From contig CM052816.1 in assembly GCA_028534125.1 (NCBI GenBank), positions 32,366,001-32,430,000 of the forward strand: a stretch of DNA of 64,000 nucleotides. Direction: 5' to 3'. Positions 53,866-64,000 of the stretch are shown here, piece after piece; within the stretch, counting starts at the first letter, position 1, and each line of letters opens with the position of its first letter. A program made the translations under genes and the position numbers. Below the pieces are notes generated by a model. That model had not been told where the DNA came from. It did not search any database and was given only the letters and a program-made list of their open reading frames with translations. This DNA is from Lama glama. Taxonomy: Eukaryota.

Positions 53866-55859
53866 AGATAAGAAATAGCAAATGCTCTTAATTCCTCCTA
53901 GTCCCAAATCAGAGGTGCTGATGAGAGTACGGATATAACACTACAAACAAGAAATTTCCTCAACAAATATCCTCTATAAGGTATCTTGCAACCCAAAAAA
54001 CTGGTGGATATCCTGCAAGAAAATATTAAGCTCCTAATTATCATCAGCTTTTAAAGGGCCTACTTTTGTTAACTCTAAAAGAAACTGAAAATTCACAGTC
54101 TTAAAGACAAAGTGGGTTAGTCTTGCTTTCTGCCCCCTAAAAAGTACCTACCTAACTTTGGACAATTTGTGGAGCACCTCTCTTACCAGAACGGGTCATA
54201 CAAAAATGGACAAATAGTCATCTTAGCTTTTACTGCATGCGATATATTTGAAATTTTATGAAACTCAAGACAAAATAATATAGAAAATGATGCATTTTAT
54301 CAGTAAGCTACTGGCACATTCCAATCAAATCTCTTTTTATATTCACGGAGAAAATCCTCTTAAGATTCAGAATAAGGTTAAATCAAGGTCAACGTATCAG
54401 AGGTTTTATCAAAACATTAGATTAAAAAAAAATTGTTTCCTATGATAACCAAGAAAATGTCTAGAATCATTAACTTTAAAACCACTGCTTTCCCGTCAGC
54501 CAATCAATCAACTGTCTGAAATTGTACCCTGTATAGCTCATTCCAATTTAATAAGGAAGGACAGTCTAATAAAATGTTCATGGTAAGGAAATCAACAATA
54601 GTCCTGTCATGCACGTATACATCTAAGAAGGTGTGGGTCACAGAAAACTGTTTTATAAACAAGAGCACTTAGCATACCTGTGTACCGTTACATATGCAAA
54701 TATACGTGGGTATGTATACATAGTAAAGTTTCTACTATTCCTGATAATTCTGTTTGAAGTATTTTGAACCTTTATCCTTTTCAACTGTTTCTTCTTTTAA
54801 TCTATTTTGGTGAAAAAGGACACTGGGTTCCATTAATGAAGAAAGAATTTTCTATGCAAGGTTAAATTCAGTCCCTCATCTCCCTAAACCTGGAAGACAA
54901 ATTTATGAAAGCTACAGGATAAAATATTTTATAATACATGACCCGTGGAAGACACACTTGTGCATACTATGATCAATTACCTGGGAAGGAAAAGGAAGGA
55001 AAAAAAGAACTACCGGAGGGTTAGGTTCAAGCTGCACCATCGAGCTGACTCTGGACAAATCAAGGTCCTTCAGAAGCATTTCTGAAACCATGTCAAAATC
55101 AACACACACAACAAAGAGAAGGATCAGAACAGCCCTGCGTCTCCCCAGGTGCTGCAGGGAGGGGGCAGGAGCAGCTGGCAGCTGGGCAGGCTGGCCTCTC
55201 AGCACTTCCCCAGTTCTTTCAAGCGTATTTGCTCCTGGGTTTTCACGCTGCAGCACATGACAGGACTCAGCAGAGATCAGACACATTCTACACGGAAAAC
55301 AGCTCCAGAGAAGCAACATAACTTCCTTTCTTAATAGAAACTGTTCAATTGTAGAGAAACAGAAAAACCCCTTCTATTAAAAGTACTGTTTATTATGAAC
55401 AAATTTTTAAAAATCATGGGATCCACGAGCATACAGTTCCTGGTGACATCACCTGAACTCAAATCCTCCCACATCTCCTTCTACCACAAACCACATGATC
55501 TCTAACTAGAGACGTCTACTCTGACCAGCACCCAGTAGCTGCCAGCACCCTAAGAATATCATCTATCCATGATTTCTTGCAATGCCATACACTTCCAACC
55601 TAACTTCCTAACATCTCAGTAAAGCCTCTTTTAAAAAACACTATAGGTGAAGTCTGGTTAAAATGAACAACAGGAGAGGTCTTTCATAAGAAACCAGGCA
55701 GTGAATTCAAAGAACAGCAGGGAAAGGAGGAAGCAAACAGACACAGAAAGGAGAGGCAGAGGCACTCTTGTCAAGGCCTGACCTCTCTCTGCCCTGCCGC
55801 TTGTGCAAGTGAGAGTTCCTCCACTAACATTACAGGTCAAGGTCACCTAGCTGACAGTG

Positions 55860-56760
55860 GCAGAGGTAGTAACAGAGTGACACACAGGGCATAATCCCTC
55901 CCCTCAAGGAGTTTCCAGTCAAGTGGGGGATATTAGTTAAGAGACAACGTGCGATGGGAGTAAGCCTAGGGCATTTCTGGGGGAGCGAGGGAAAGCTCCA
56001 AGAAGAAGGAGACATCAGAGACATCTCAACTGAGCGGTACGGAGGAACAGGATCTAACCAAGTGAAAATGAGGCACGGAAGACAAGAAGGGCGTTCAGGA
56101 AGGGAAGCAGCACAAACCTCAGAGAGACGCGACAGCACAGGTAAGGAGCTGCAGGTGGCTGAGTGTAGCTGTAATGTACCTGCAGTGTGGGTCTGGGTGG
56201 AAGATGGCTGGGGAGACTGAAGAGAAAAATAATACTTTCTTGCAGCTTTTCTAGGTCTAGAGCAACCAAGGGCCACACTTCTTGAAGGGCCTGGTCATCC
56301 GTGTTAAGAAATTCCTCAGTTTTCCCTTAGGGATCCATTAAAGAATTTGAAGCCATGGAGGAGACATCATTAGAGTCGCCCTTCTGAAAGAAAACCGCAG
56401 TTGCGAGGGGGAAAACAGGGGAGGGGGCAAGAGCAAAGACAGGAAGTCCAGGCGGAAGGAAAGCTTTTACAGAAATCCAAGCTCACCTGCTGGCACCTCA
56501 CCTGGATTCAGAGCTGGGGACTGATTCTGGAGAGGTTAACAGGTGACCATAAGTCCTGTTTACAACCGCTGTCCCCACTTAGTTTATATTAACAGTGGCC
56601 CTTTTCACTCCCGAAAGTATCCACAGTTAGATGGTGTCCTATACAGTCATGCTAGTTTTTAAGGAGCAGACAGACAGGACTTGGTAACCAGTTAGCTCTG
56701 AGGGGAAGACGAGATGGCGGAAATCAGGATGACACCCCAGCTCAAGTGGCAGCATTCACT
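55860..56760 (-). mobile_element. L2 fragment (reverse) with a MER94-like insert at ~56540-56655
   Basis: ccctccctcaaggagtttccagtc; aagaatttgaagccatggaggagacat; insert begins aggtgaccata. Confidence 0.6.
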
Positions 56761-57479
56761 AAGGTATTCAGACAGAGGTGCAGGCACCACAGAAACGCAC
56801 CATGAGGACTTCCTGACAGGTACACAGACAATGAGGGTTTTTAAGGGACTTAATTTCCGGATCCTCAACTACCATATACACTCTTCTTCCCACTTTTATT
56901 GAGAAATAATTGACACTGTTATAAGCTTAAGGTGTACAGCATGAGGTTTTGATTTACATACATCGTGAAATGAACACCACAATAAACCTGACCTGAGTGA
57001 GCACAGATCTGAGATGAGAGGTCCTGCCAGCACTCCCCACTGCCCGTCCCTTTCACAGCCCACCTTTCCCATTTACAGTAGGACAGTACATCTCACCCTC
57101 AGGGGTGCATTGCTCCAGGATGTGGAAAAATATATGAGCAGAAAGATAGGAAGATTTTGAAATACCAGTGTTAGCAAAGTCACCTTTAATAAAACGCCCT
57201 GAACCAGAAGAGAAGGGCTTTCTGTTTTTCCATACCTTACGTGTATTTCTGGTGAGGACTAGGCAAGGTGACAGAAGCATGGTATTTGGGTTGTTTTGAA
57301 TTCAGGTATATTTTAGAGCAGGGCAGCAAAGGGAATGATGATTTTTGTTTAATAATCTTGTACTTTTCGTCCTCTAGCTATTATCAAAATATATTAAAAC
57401 ATGCCTGGCTCACTAAGTAGAGTCCCATAGAATAAAACAAATCAAAGCCCTGGTAAGCCTATGGCATCTAAGTGACAAA

Positions 57480-58320
57480 ACTGTGCCTTATCTGTCTACC
57501 CATCTCAGAAATCAAATTCCAAAGTGAAATACATGTCACAGAACACATGTTAACATTTTTATTTAAACTGACAAATGTCAGGATGCACGATGGTTTAGCT
57601 GAGTGGTTCAAGGATGACTGGATTTGCCAAAGTAACGTGTTGGACATCTTCCATAAACTGGATGAACTAAATCTGCTGCTCTGTGACTCTGATGAAAATA
57701 TAAAGTTCATAAGTAGATGAAAGCATTTTATCAAAAATCTTGTATTGGTAAATGTACATTAAAATTAACAATTTTTAATCTTCATAATCCATTTGAAACA
57801 AAATTGGATTAGGTCAGGTGCCCCCAAGTAAAAGAGAAAAAGCATAATAAATACAGTTTTGATAAATCTTGGTACATTTCCCAGAAACTGTGAAATCGAA
57901 TTACTACAACGATTAACAAATCATTTGCAAGTCAGGTGGTTTTGAAGTCACTGCTTTCCAACTAAACTGAAGGAGAATGGAATGAGTGGTATGAGATACC
58001 CCTGCTGTCAGAGCAGACTGAGCGGGGACGATGATGACCACCATGCCCTGGAGATTCCTGACAGATCACTGAAAACAACTTTAGATGACAGATCATGGTG
58101 GGATTTTTGGCATATAACTCAAGAGGGTCCAAGGAATTTAGTGATCTTCCTTTATAAATACTCCTTCCTGTTCAATCTACCTCCTTTGGTAGACAAGGTC
58201 ACTCAGTGCTCACAGCTATGAAAACAAAAAGTAGGAGTAAAATTGATGCTGAGCCCTATCTCACTCCAGGAATATATTATAGTCATCCAGGGATACAGGC
58301 ACTATGTGAGAAGAACAGCT
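57480..58320 (+). pseudogene. Decayed hAT (Charlie-like) transposase, 3' part
   Basis: DIFHKLDELNLLL, DRSWWDFW and LLPVQSTSFGRQGHSVLTAMKTKSRSKID in collinear order across disrupted frames. Confidence 0.7.
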
Positions 58321-58506
58321 ACTATTACCCAGGGAAGTAACAGTGTTTCAGGTTTCTGCCTAACATGGTGAACCCCAACAAGAAAGCCCTCATGTTTCCA
58401 CCAATCAAGCAAGATAAAATGCCTCCTAAAGTAGCCATGCATATTGATTTCTTTTTGCTGCTGTAGCAAATGACCATAGACTTGGTGGCTTAAAACAACA
58501 GAAATT

Positions 58507-58628
58507 GGGGGGGGGGGGGTATACCTCAGTGGTGGAGTGCATGCTTATCATGCACAAGGTCCTGAGTTCAATTCCCAGTATCTCCATTAAAAACAAACAA
58601 CCCTAATTACCTCTCCCACCAAAAAATA
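58507..58628 (+). mobile_element. tRNA-derived SINE (Vic-1-like) inside MLT1
   Basis: (G)n-tatacctcagtggtggagtgcatgc ... gagttcaattccc; flanks aacagaaat / aatagaaat. Confidence 0.88.
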
Positions 58629-58700
58629 ATCTTTTTTTTGAAATAGAAATATATCATCTTACAATTCCAAAGTCCAAAAGTGCAAAATGGTCTTACTGGG

Positions 58701-59038
58701 TGCAGCAGACTCAATGTTTGTGTCTGCCCAAAGTTCACATGTTAAAGCCCTAATGTGATGGTATTTGGAGGTAGGGCCTTTGGGAGGTAATTAGGTCAGG
58801 AAGGTGACCCTTGTGAATGGGATTCTTGCCCTTGTAAGAAAACTCTCTTCTATCATGTGAAGTTAAAAGGAGAAGCCAGTTGTCTGTAACCTGGAAGAAG
58901 AGACTCGCACCAGAACCCAACCATGCCAGCACCCTGATCTCAGACTTTCAGCCTCTAAAACTGTAAAAAACCAATGTTTCTTGTTTAAGCCACCCAGTTT
59001 ACAGTAATTTGTTAAAGCAGATCAAAATGACTAAGATA
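58701..59038 (+). mobile_element. MLT1A-like solo LTR inside the MLT1, opposite orientation
   Basis: tg...aatgtgatggtatttggaggtagggcctttgggaggtaattagg ... gactaagata; 5-bp TSD ctggg / ctagg. Confidence 0.88.
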
Positions 59039-60509
59039 CTAGGTGTAAAATCCCAAGTGTAGGCAGGGCTGTGCTCCTCCTGGAGGATCCAGGGGAGACC
59101 CTTGCCTTGCCTTCTCTGGTTTCTAGAGGCTGCCTGCCTTCCTGGCATCGAGGCCTCCTTCCTGTAAACACATGAGTCTGGCCTCTGTTTCCACTGTCAC
59201 ACCTTCTCTAGCTCTCCTACCTCCCTCTTCAGGTATAAGGATGCTTGCAATTATATTTGTCCCACCTTGTGATGGTTTCCCCATCACAAGATCCTTAATT
59301 TAATCACATCTGCAAAGTCCCTTTTGCCATGTAAGACAACAGATTCACGGGTGCTGGACATTAGGACACTGAGCACAGAGAAAGCTGGTACCCATTCAGA
59401 GTAAAGATTCACCAAGCAGAGCTGCTGGCCACAGGCCATGGGGAAGGTGTTCCAGCTGGGCTGGCCACTCAACTGGCAACAGGTAGGCCTAGAACACACT
59501 GGAGGGAGCCAACTTTTCCAGTAGTTCTGCTTTTCTAGATTAAGGGTCAGCACTTTAAAAGAATGTTAAATATTTACAGCTAGTAAGTGGCAGGGTCACT
59601 AGACAAAGCTGGGTCTGTGACTCCCATGTACAGTCTTGCAATACCTATGTCAGACTGCCTCACATCCACCCTAAATTCAGGCTGGAAATGTTCTGTAAGT
59701 CGAATCAAGGCCGGATATAAAAGAGACATCCCCACACAGACCAGTCAGGATTAAGAATGAACAGATGACACAGGCCAGAGCAGAACATAAAGTAGGTTCT
59801 ATGCCCAGACTAAATGCTCTCACCATTGTCTTTCAAAAAAGAAACTGCAAGTACGTGAACTCCATGGTGCATCTTCAAAAGAGTGTTTTCTAAAAGAAAG
59901 CCTGAGGTGACATACGCAGCATTCTGTTAATTCAGTCGCAATAAACGTGTCTTCATGAAGAACTGCTTTTATTTCCTGGAGATTCTTTTATAGACCCTAC
60001 CTGAGAAGTGAGGTTAAGAAATTATGATGCCCAGTGTTCCAATCAAGTTGGCTGTACCCTTGGAGAGACGTTAGCTTTAACAAGGTTTATTTTTGTCCAG
60101 CTGTTACTTTTTACACATTAACACCTAAGTCAATTCAGCTATGTGAATTTCCCACAAATTGGTTCCATGGAATGTACAGTTTAATAAAATGTGCATTTCA
60201 TTTAATATTCCAGGCAGTAAATTTCCTTTCAGAATTCCTGAGACTATGTAAAAAAAGCTCTAGAACAGCCTGCACATATTGGCTTTTCATTAAATAACTA
60301 TTGAAAGATCACATGAATATGTAAATACACAAAGGCCTAAAAAAGCTCTCTTGCCACATGGTTAATGTAAGAAGTTTGCTTATTAGAAAATGCCATTTAA
60401 CTCCTCTCAACAAACTTAAATATACAAATTGCATAGAAAGAGAATTCTTCAGTGCCCTAAGAATGCAAAACCTTTTCATTTTATATGTCTTCAAGTCAGG
60501 GTATTATAC

Positions 60510-60690
60510 TGGTTGAAGGGTCTTAGAGACATGAAGACTTGGGTTTGAATTCTGGTCCTAATACTTGCTGGTTATGTGACCTTGGGGAAGTTGTGTCACC
60601 TTTTTAGCCTTTGTTTCTTCATCTCTGATGGCAGGGTAAAAATATTTAACTTGTACAGTTCTGAGCATGTAATGAACACAAGGAAATGTT
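60510..60690 (+). mobile_element. MIR SINE
   Basis: gacttgggtttgaattctgg ... tgtgaccttggggaagtt ... tttcttcatct. Confidence 0.8.
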
Positions 60691-62033
60691 CATCATTTCC
60701 TGATGCTGGTGATGACGATGGTGGTGGGTGATAGACACATCGAGATGGAAGCCTCTCGGTTACCTGGTTCTCCAGGACAGACAACCAGTTCCCTGCCCTG
60801 TGGGGTCCACCTGTCCTAGGGACATGTTCATCAGGCACGATGCTCCCTAATTCTCTAGGGTAGCTGCTCATCGTCTCAGGCCACACACACCAACTCTCCA
60901 AGGTGGGCATAAAGTCCTCCTTGACCCTTCCCCACCAGCTCTTCAGCCACTGCCAGTCTCACTCACGTGCTTATACTCAGACTGCACCTGGCTGAGCAGT
61001 GGTGCTGCAGGCTGCTTCGTCTACCCCTGCCACCCCCAGCTAGAGTCCCAGCATGGCCCCAAGGCCTGATCCACTGCGAATGGAGGGAGGAGGATGGAGA
61101 GCTTTTCACGGGTGTAATCACGGCTTTTTCCCCCTACTTTAATCAAATTAATTTATTTCTGATAAATCAAGGTGTGATAGAATAAATACACAGCTATCTC
61201 TTGAATCTATGTCTTCTGACAGCCATTGCTTTTTCCTTTCCATCTTTCTTCCCTTTTATTCCCAGCTCCCTTTCCCACTTTCAATTTGCTTCATGAGTTG
61301 ATCTAAGTGGTCCCCATTTAGGGCCTCAACTTCTTCTCTATGTAGATCTTCATTACATTAAAGATTGTTACACGGGCATTTCCCCCATTAAAATAAACTT
61401 TTGGGAGCAGAAAAAGAGCAAAGCAATAAACAAAACCCAATCTAATGGACAGTAACTCAGGCACATTCACAGAAATCATTCCTCTATCTTTAAAACAAAA
61501 AATTTTCACCATGTCCTGAGCTACTCTAACATAGGGCTGTTCTTAAATTCTCATTTACCTGAAATAACTATGAGATATGAAGGGCTGTTCCTCCTAGTAT
61601 AAAGAGTGGACAGGGAACTAGAAGTTAGCTTTATCAACGATTTCCTCAGAAACTTCAAGTTGGGAGGTTGCCCTTCTAGAGTGAAAAGGCTGTCTGCGCG
61701 TCTTCCTGAAGGAGATCCCAGGTTCTGCCTCAGTTCCCAAGAGAAGTGAATCAGGGATGGAATCATGTGCTCCTATCCCAAAACACTGTACCAGCTCTGC
61801 AGAAATGGTATGCTTTGATGAAATGGGGACCTAGAGGAAGGGTAAATTTTCATAACCTTATTCTTACCACTTCTAACAATTAAAAGGAAAATAAGACAAG
61901 CAGACAGTACATTTGAACAGGCAATGATTCACCCATGTTTACAAATCACCTCTATTTCATCTGTTTACCAGACAGAAAAAGTCAGGAGGCAAAAAATAGT
62001 TTTTCATGTGATTTACACATCTGACATTTCTAC

Positions 62034-62037
<4 letters not shown>

Positions 62038-62066
<29 letters not shown>
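62038..62066. repeat. (CA)n microsatellite
   Basis: Seen directly. Confidence 0.95.
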
Positions 62067-62067
<1 letters not shown>

Positions 62068-63698
62068 GACTTAACAATTTTCTCCTTCTAATTGTGTAAT
62101 TGATTTTCTAAAACCTGTACTACACTGTCCCAAATACCAACCCTCAGGAGAAACAAAAGTTTTGTTCTTCTGAATAAGCCCTAGAAAACTCTGAATAAAC
62201 TATTAATATCAACTGCTAATTTCTTTTGCAATGATACGAGCCATTGTTTGAAATTCTCTAGCTTTTCATATTTTCTTCTTTGGAATGTGAGGGAAAAAAA
62301 GACAGATAAGGTCTACATAATTTTAGCAAAACAGTCAATCTTTCCAGGCAAGGTCTGACATATTAGATAAGATCAGGAAACTGAATTTCCCTCTGCTAGG
62401 AAAAATGCTATTTCAAAAATATGAATGTAATGCAAGCTATCTTCTATAGCCTTCAATTTAATCTTTTGGTTTAGATTTACAGCTTTGCTATATTGACTTA
62501 CAGCCTGTATGGGATAGAAATCAGTGAACTTCTGAATATGTCCATTCTCCTTCTTTGAAGTGTGCATTAAGGACCACTGGCCTTTAGAAAGCCAGTCCTT
62601 CTTATGGAGAGCTAACCAACACATCCAATTTTTTATCCCCACTTTGTGAAATCCTTCTGGGATTACAGAACTAACTCAAGAAAAATCACAGGTTATCACC
62701 AACAACAGCATATATGTGCCCACCTCTTCTCATCCTAGCACATTCCTGGGAACAGGACAGAGGAACTCCACTCAGACAATCATGCCTCTCAATGAACAGA
62801 CACCACATGACCCAGTGCAGGCTGTGAGAACTGAGGAAGGAGAGGAGGAAATCTATTTCAACAGGAGTATGAAAACTGAAAGGTAAGTAAAATAAGGTAT
62901 TTTTTAAGGTAAGCACATAAACATTGTAACCATAATAAGACTGTCGATCTGAGGTGAAGATCCATTTTAGACTTTTAAAACAAAAGTCACATTAATGAAT
63001 ATACTTTCATCCCTCAAAATCATCACCTCCAAAGTCTTTCCTCTGTTCATCATCCCAGAGACAGCTTTTCAGCCTTAAAACCATATAGAATCTATACTAA
63101 CCAATGTGGTGAGTTTCTTAGTAACTCTCTACCATCCAACCAGTCACAAAAATCTTAAGTTAAATCCTCATGAATAACTGACATCAGACACCAAAAGCTT
63201 GGTTACTTTTATTACTCTTATTCCATTAAGCTCATGAATGAAAACCTCTATTTATTTTATTTTGTAATTGCTCATCCAACTTCTAAAACTTAGATAAACA
63301 CCTTTTTACACTGTATTTCTTCTCTTTAACCTTTTACTTTCTTAAAAAGCAGTAATACTATCCCTTCAAGAGAGTAGCCACTTGGCTCCTAACACACATT
63401 AAAAGGCTAATTCAGTCTTCCTAACAGCCCAAAGGGAAAATACTCTCTGATTTGGTTGTAAAAACAAGCCATGTAAGCCATCTATAAAGAAATCTACACA
63501 CATGTAAGAATCTTACAACTTTCAGACTTTTGACAGAAGTGGAAAAAAATGCAAAGAAGTCACCACTGGAAAACAAGTTTAAGTTCTTCAGTCATTTTCA
63601 GTTACAAAAACCTAACCACCAAAAACTCCATCAGGAAAAGCCAGAGATAGAACAGAATTTACAACCAAAAAAATTTAATACAAAGTCATCGTACTCAC

Positions 63699-63803
63699 CG
63701 TCTGATGGCTTCTGTCACAGTATCGCAGCCCAAAATAATCTATCTCCACAAGGTTTATGTGACGGAATACATGTTCAAGGACAACAGAACCTTTCGTTGA
63801 CTT
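63699..63803 (-). CDS. EPB41L4A: EPB41L4A exon ~2 (105 nt, phase 0/0): [40 protein letters not shown]1 lobe
   Basis: ttttgcag|AAG...ACG|gtgagt; DYFGL FERM motif. Confidence 0.95.
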
Positions 63804-64000
63804 CTGCAAAAATAATGCACAATTTTTTTTTAAATAAGGTGTCTTGTCTTTCTCAGTGGGACACAGTCACAGTTCTCATCGTTTATTAGCTTCATTCACC
63901 TCAGAACAATTTTATTAGCCCATGGTTCTCTCTTTATGTTTTGCCTCAATTACAAAGAAAGAGATTTAAATCTTAAGTAAATTGCTTTGGAAAACAATTT

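Larger units (their letters stand above)
58450..59375 (-). mobile_element. MLT1(C/D)-like MaLR LTR interrupted by two insertions
   Basis: ctgtagcaaatgaccatagacttggtggcttaaaacaacagaaat ... agatccttaatttaatcacatctgcaaagtcccttttgccatgtaag. Confidence 0.85.
4025..63803 (-). other. EPB41L4A: EPB41L4A gene body (partial: 10 internal coding exons; gene extends beyond both window ends)
   Basis: Spliced translation [98 protein letters not shown]...[33 protein letters not shown] matches recalled EPB41L4A; all junction phases agree. Confidence 0.96.

Noticed and set aside
55830..56276. 148-aa minus-strand ORF
   Set aside because: Falls within an L2 relic; no domain or splice support.
61553..61585. Recursive-splice-like ttatttcag|gtaaat in intron 2 (similar motifs near 38935 and 35010)
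   Set aside because: Weak pyrimidine tracts; such motifs are expected by chance in AT-rich introns.
62855..62890. Plus-strand micro-exon-like caacag|...AAG|gtaagt suggesting an antisense transcript
   Set aside because: Isolated motif with a weak acceptor and no partner exons identified.
63530..63889. 119-aa plus-strand ORF
   Set aside because: Antisense shadow of EPB41L4A exon 2.
1..64000. CRISPR arrays, operons or a novel multi-gene system
   Set aside because: Eukaryotic intron-exon DNA with no regularly spaced repeats or long unexplained ORFs; recognisable coding signal is explained by EPB41L4A and transposon relics.

Overview
AT-rich, CpG-depleted mammalian genomic DNA, most likely from a camelid (two tRNA-derived SINEs resembling camelid Vic-1, plus cetartiodactyl-type L1 3' ends). 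The whole window lies inside EPB41L4A (band 4.1-like 4A / NBL4, a FERM-domain protein) on the minus strand. Ten coding exons (probably exons 2-11) were read from the sequence; all have AG/GT boundaries and compatible phases, and they splice into one open frame covering most of the FERM domain and the start of the FERM-adjacent region. The first coding exon and the C-terminal exons lie outside the window. The introns hold L1, L2, MIR, MaLR LTRs, hAT/Tigger relics and microsatellites. I see no new multi-gene system. The most notable local structures are: (1) a 5'-inverted L1 inserted at the exon 6 splice donor, carrying a 60-bp copy of sequence from 1,300 bp away at its inversion junction and a gene-sense poly(A) signal; (2) a candidate in-frame 57-nt cassette exon in intron 9; (3) a MaLR LTR with two nested insertions; (4) a fossil hAT transposase. 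Family names and exon numbers come from recalled sequences, not database searches.
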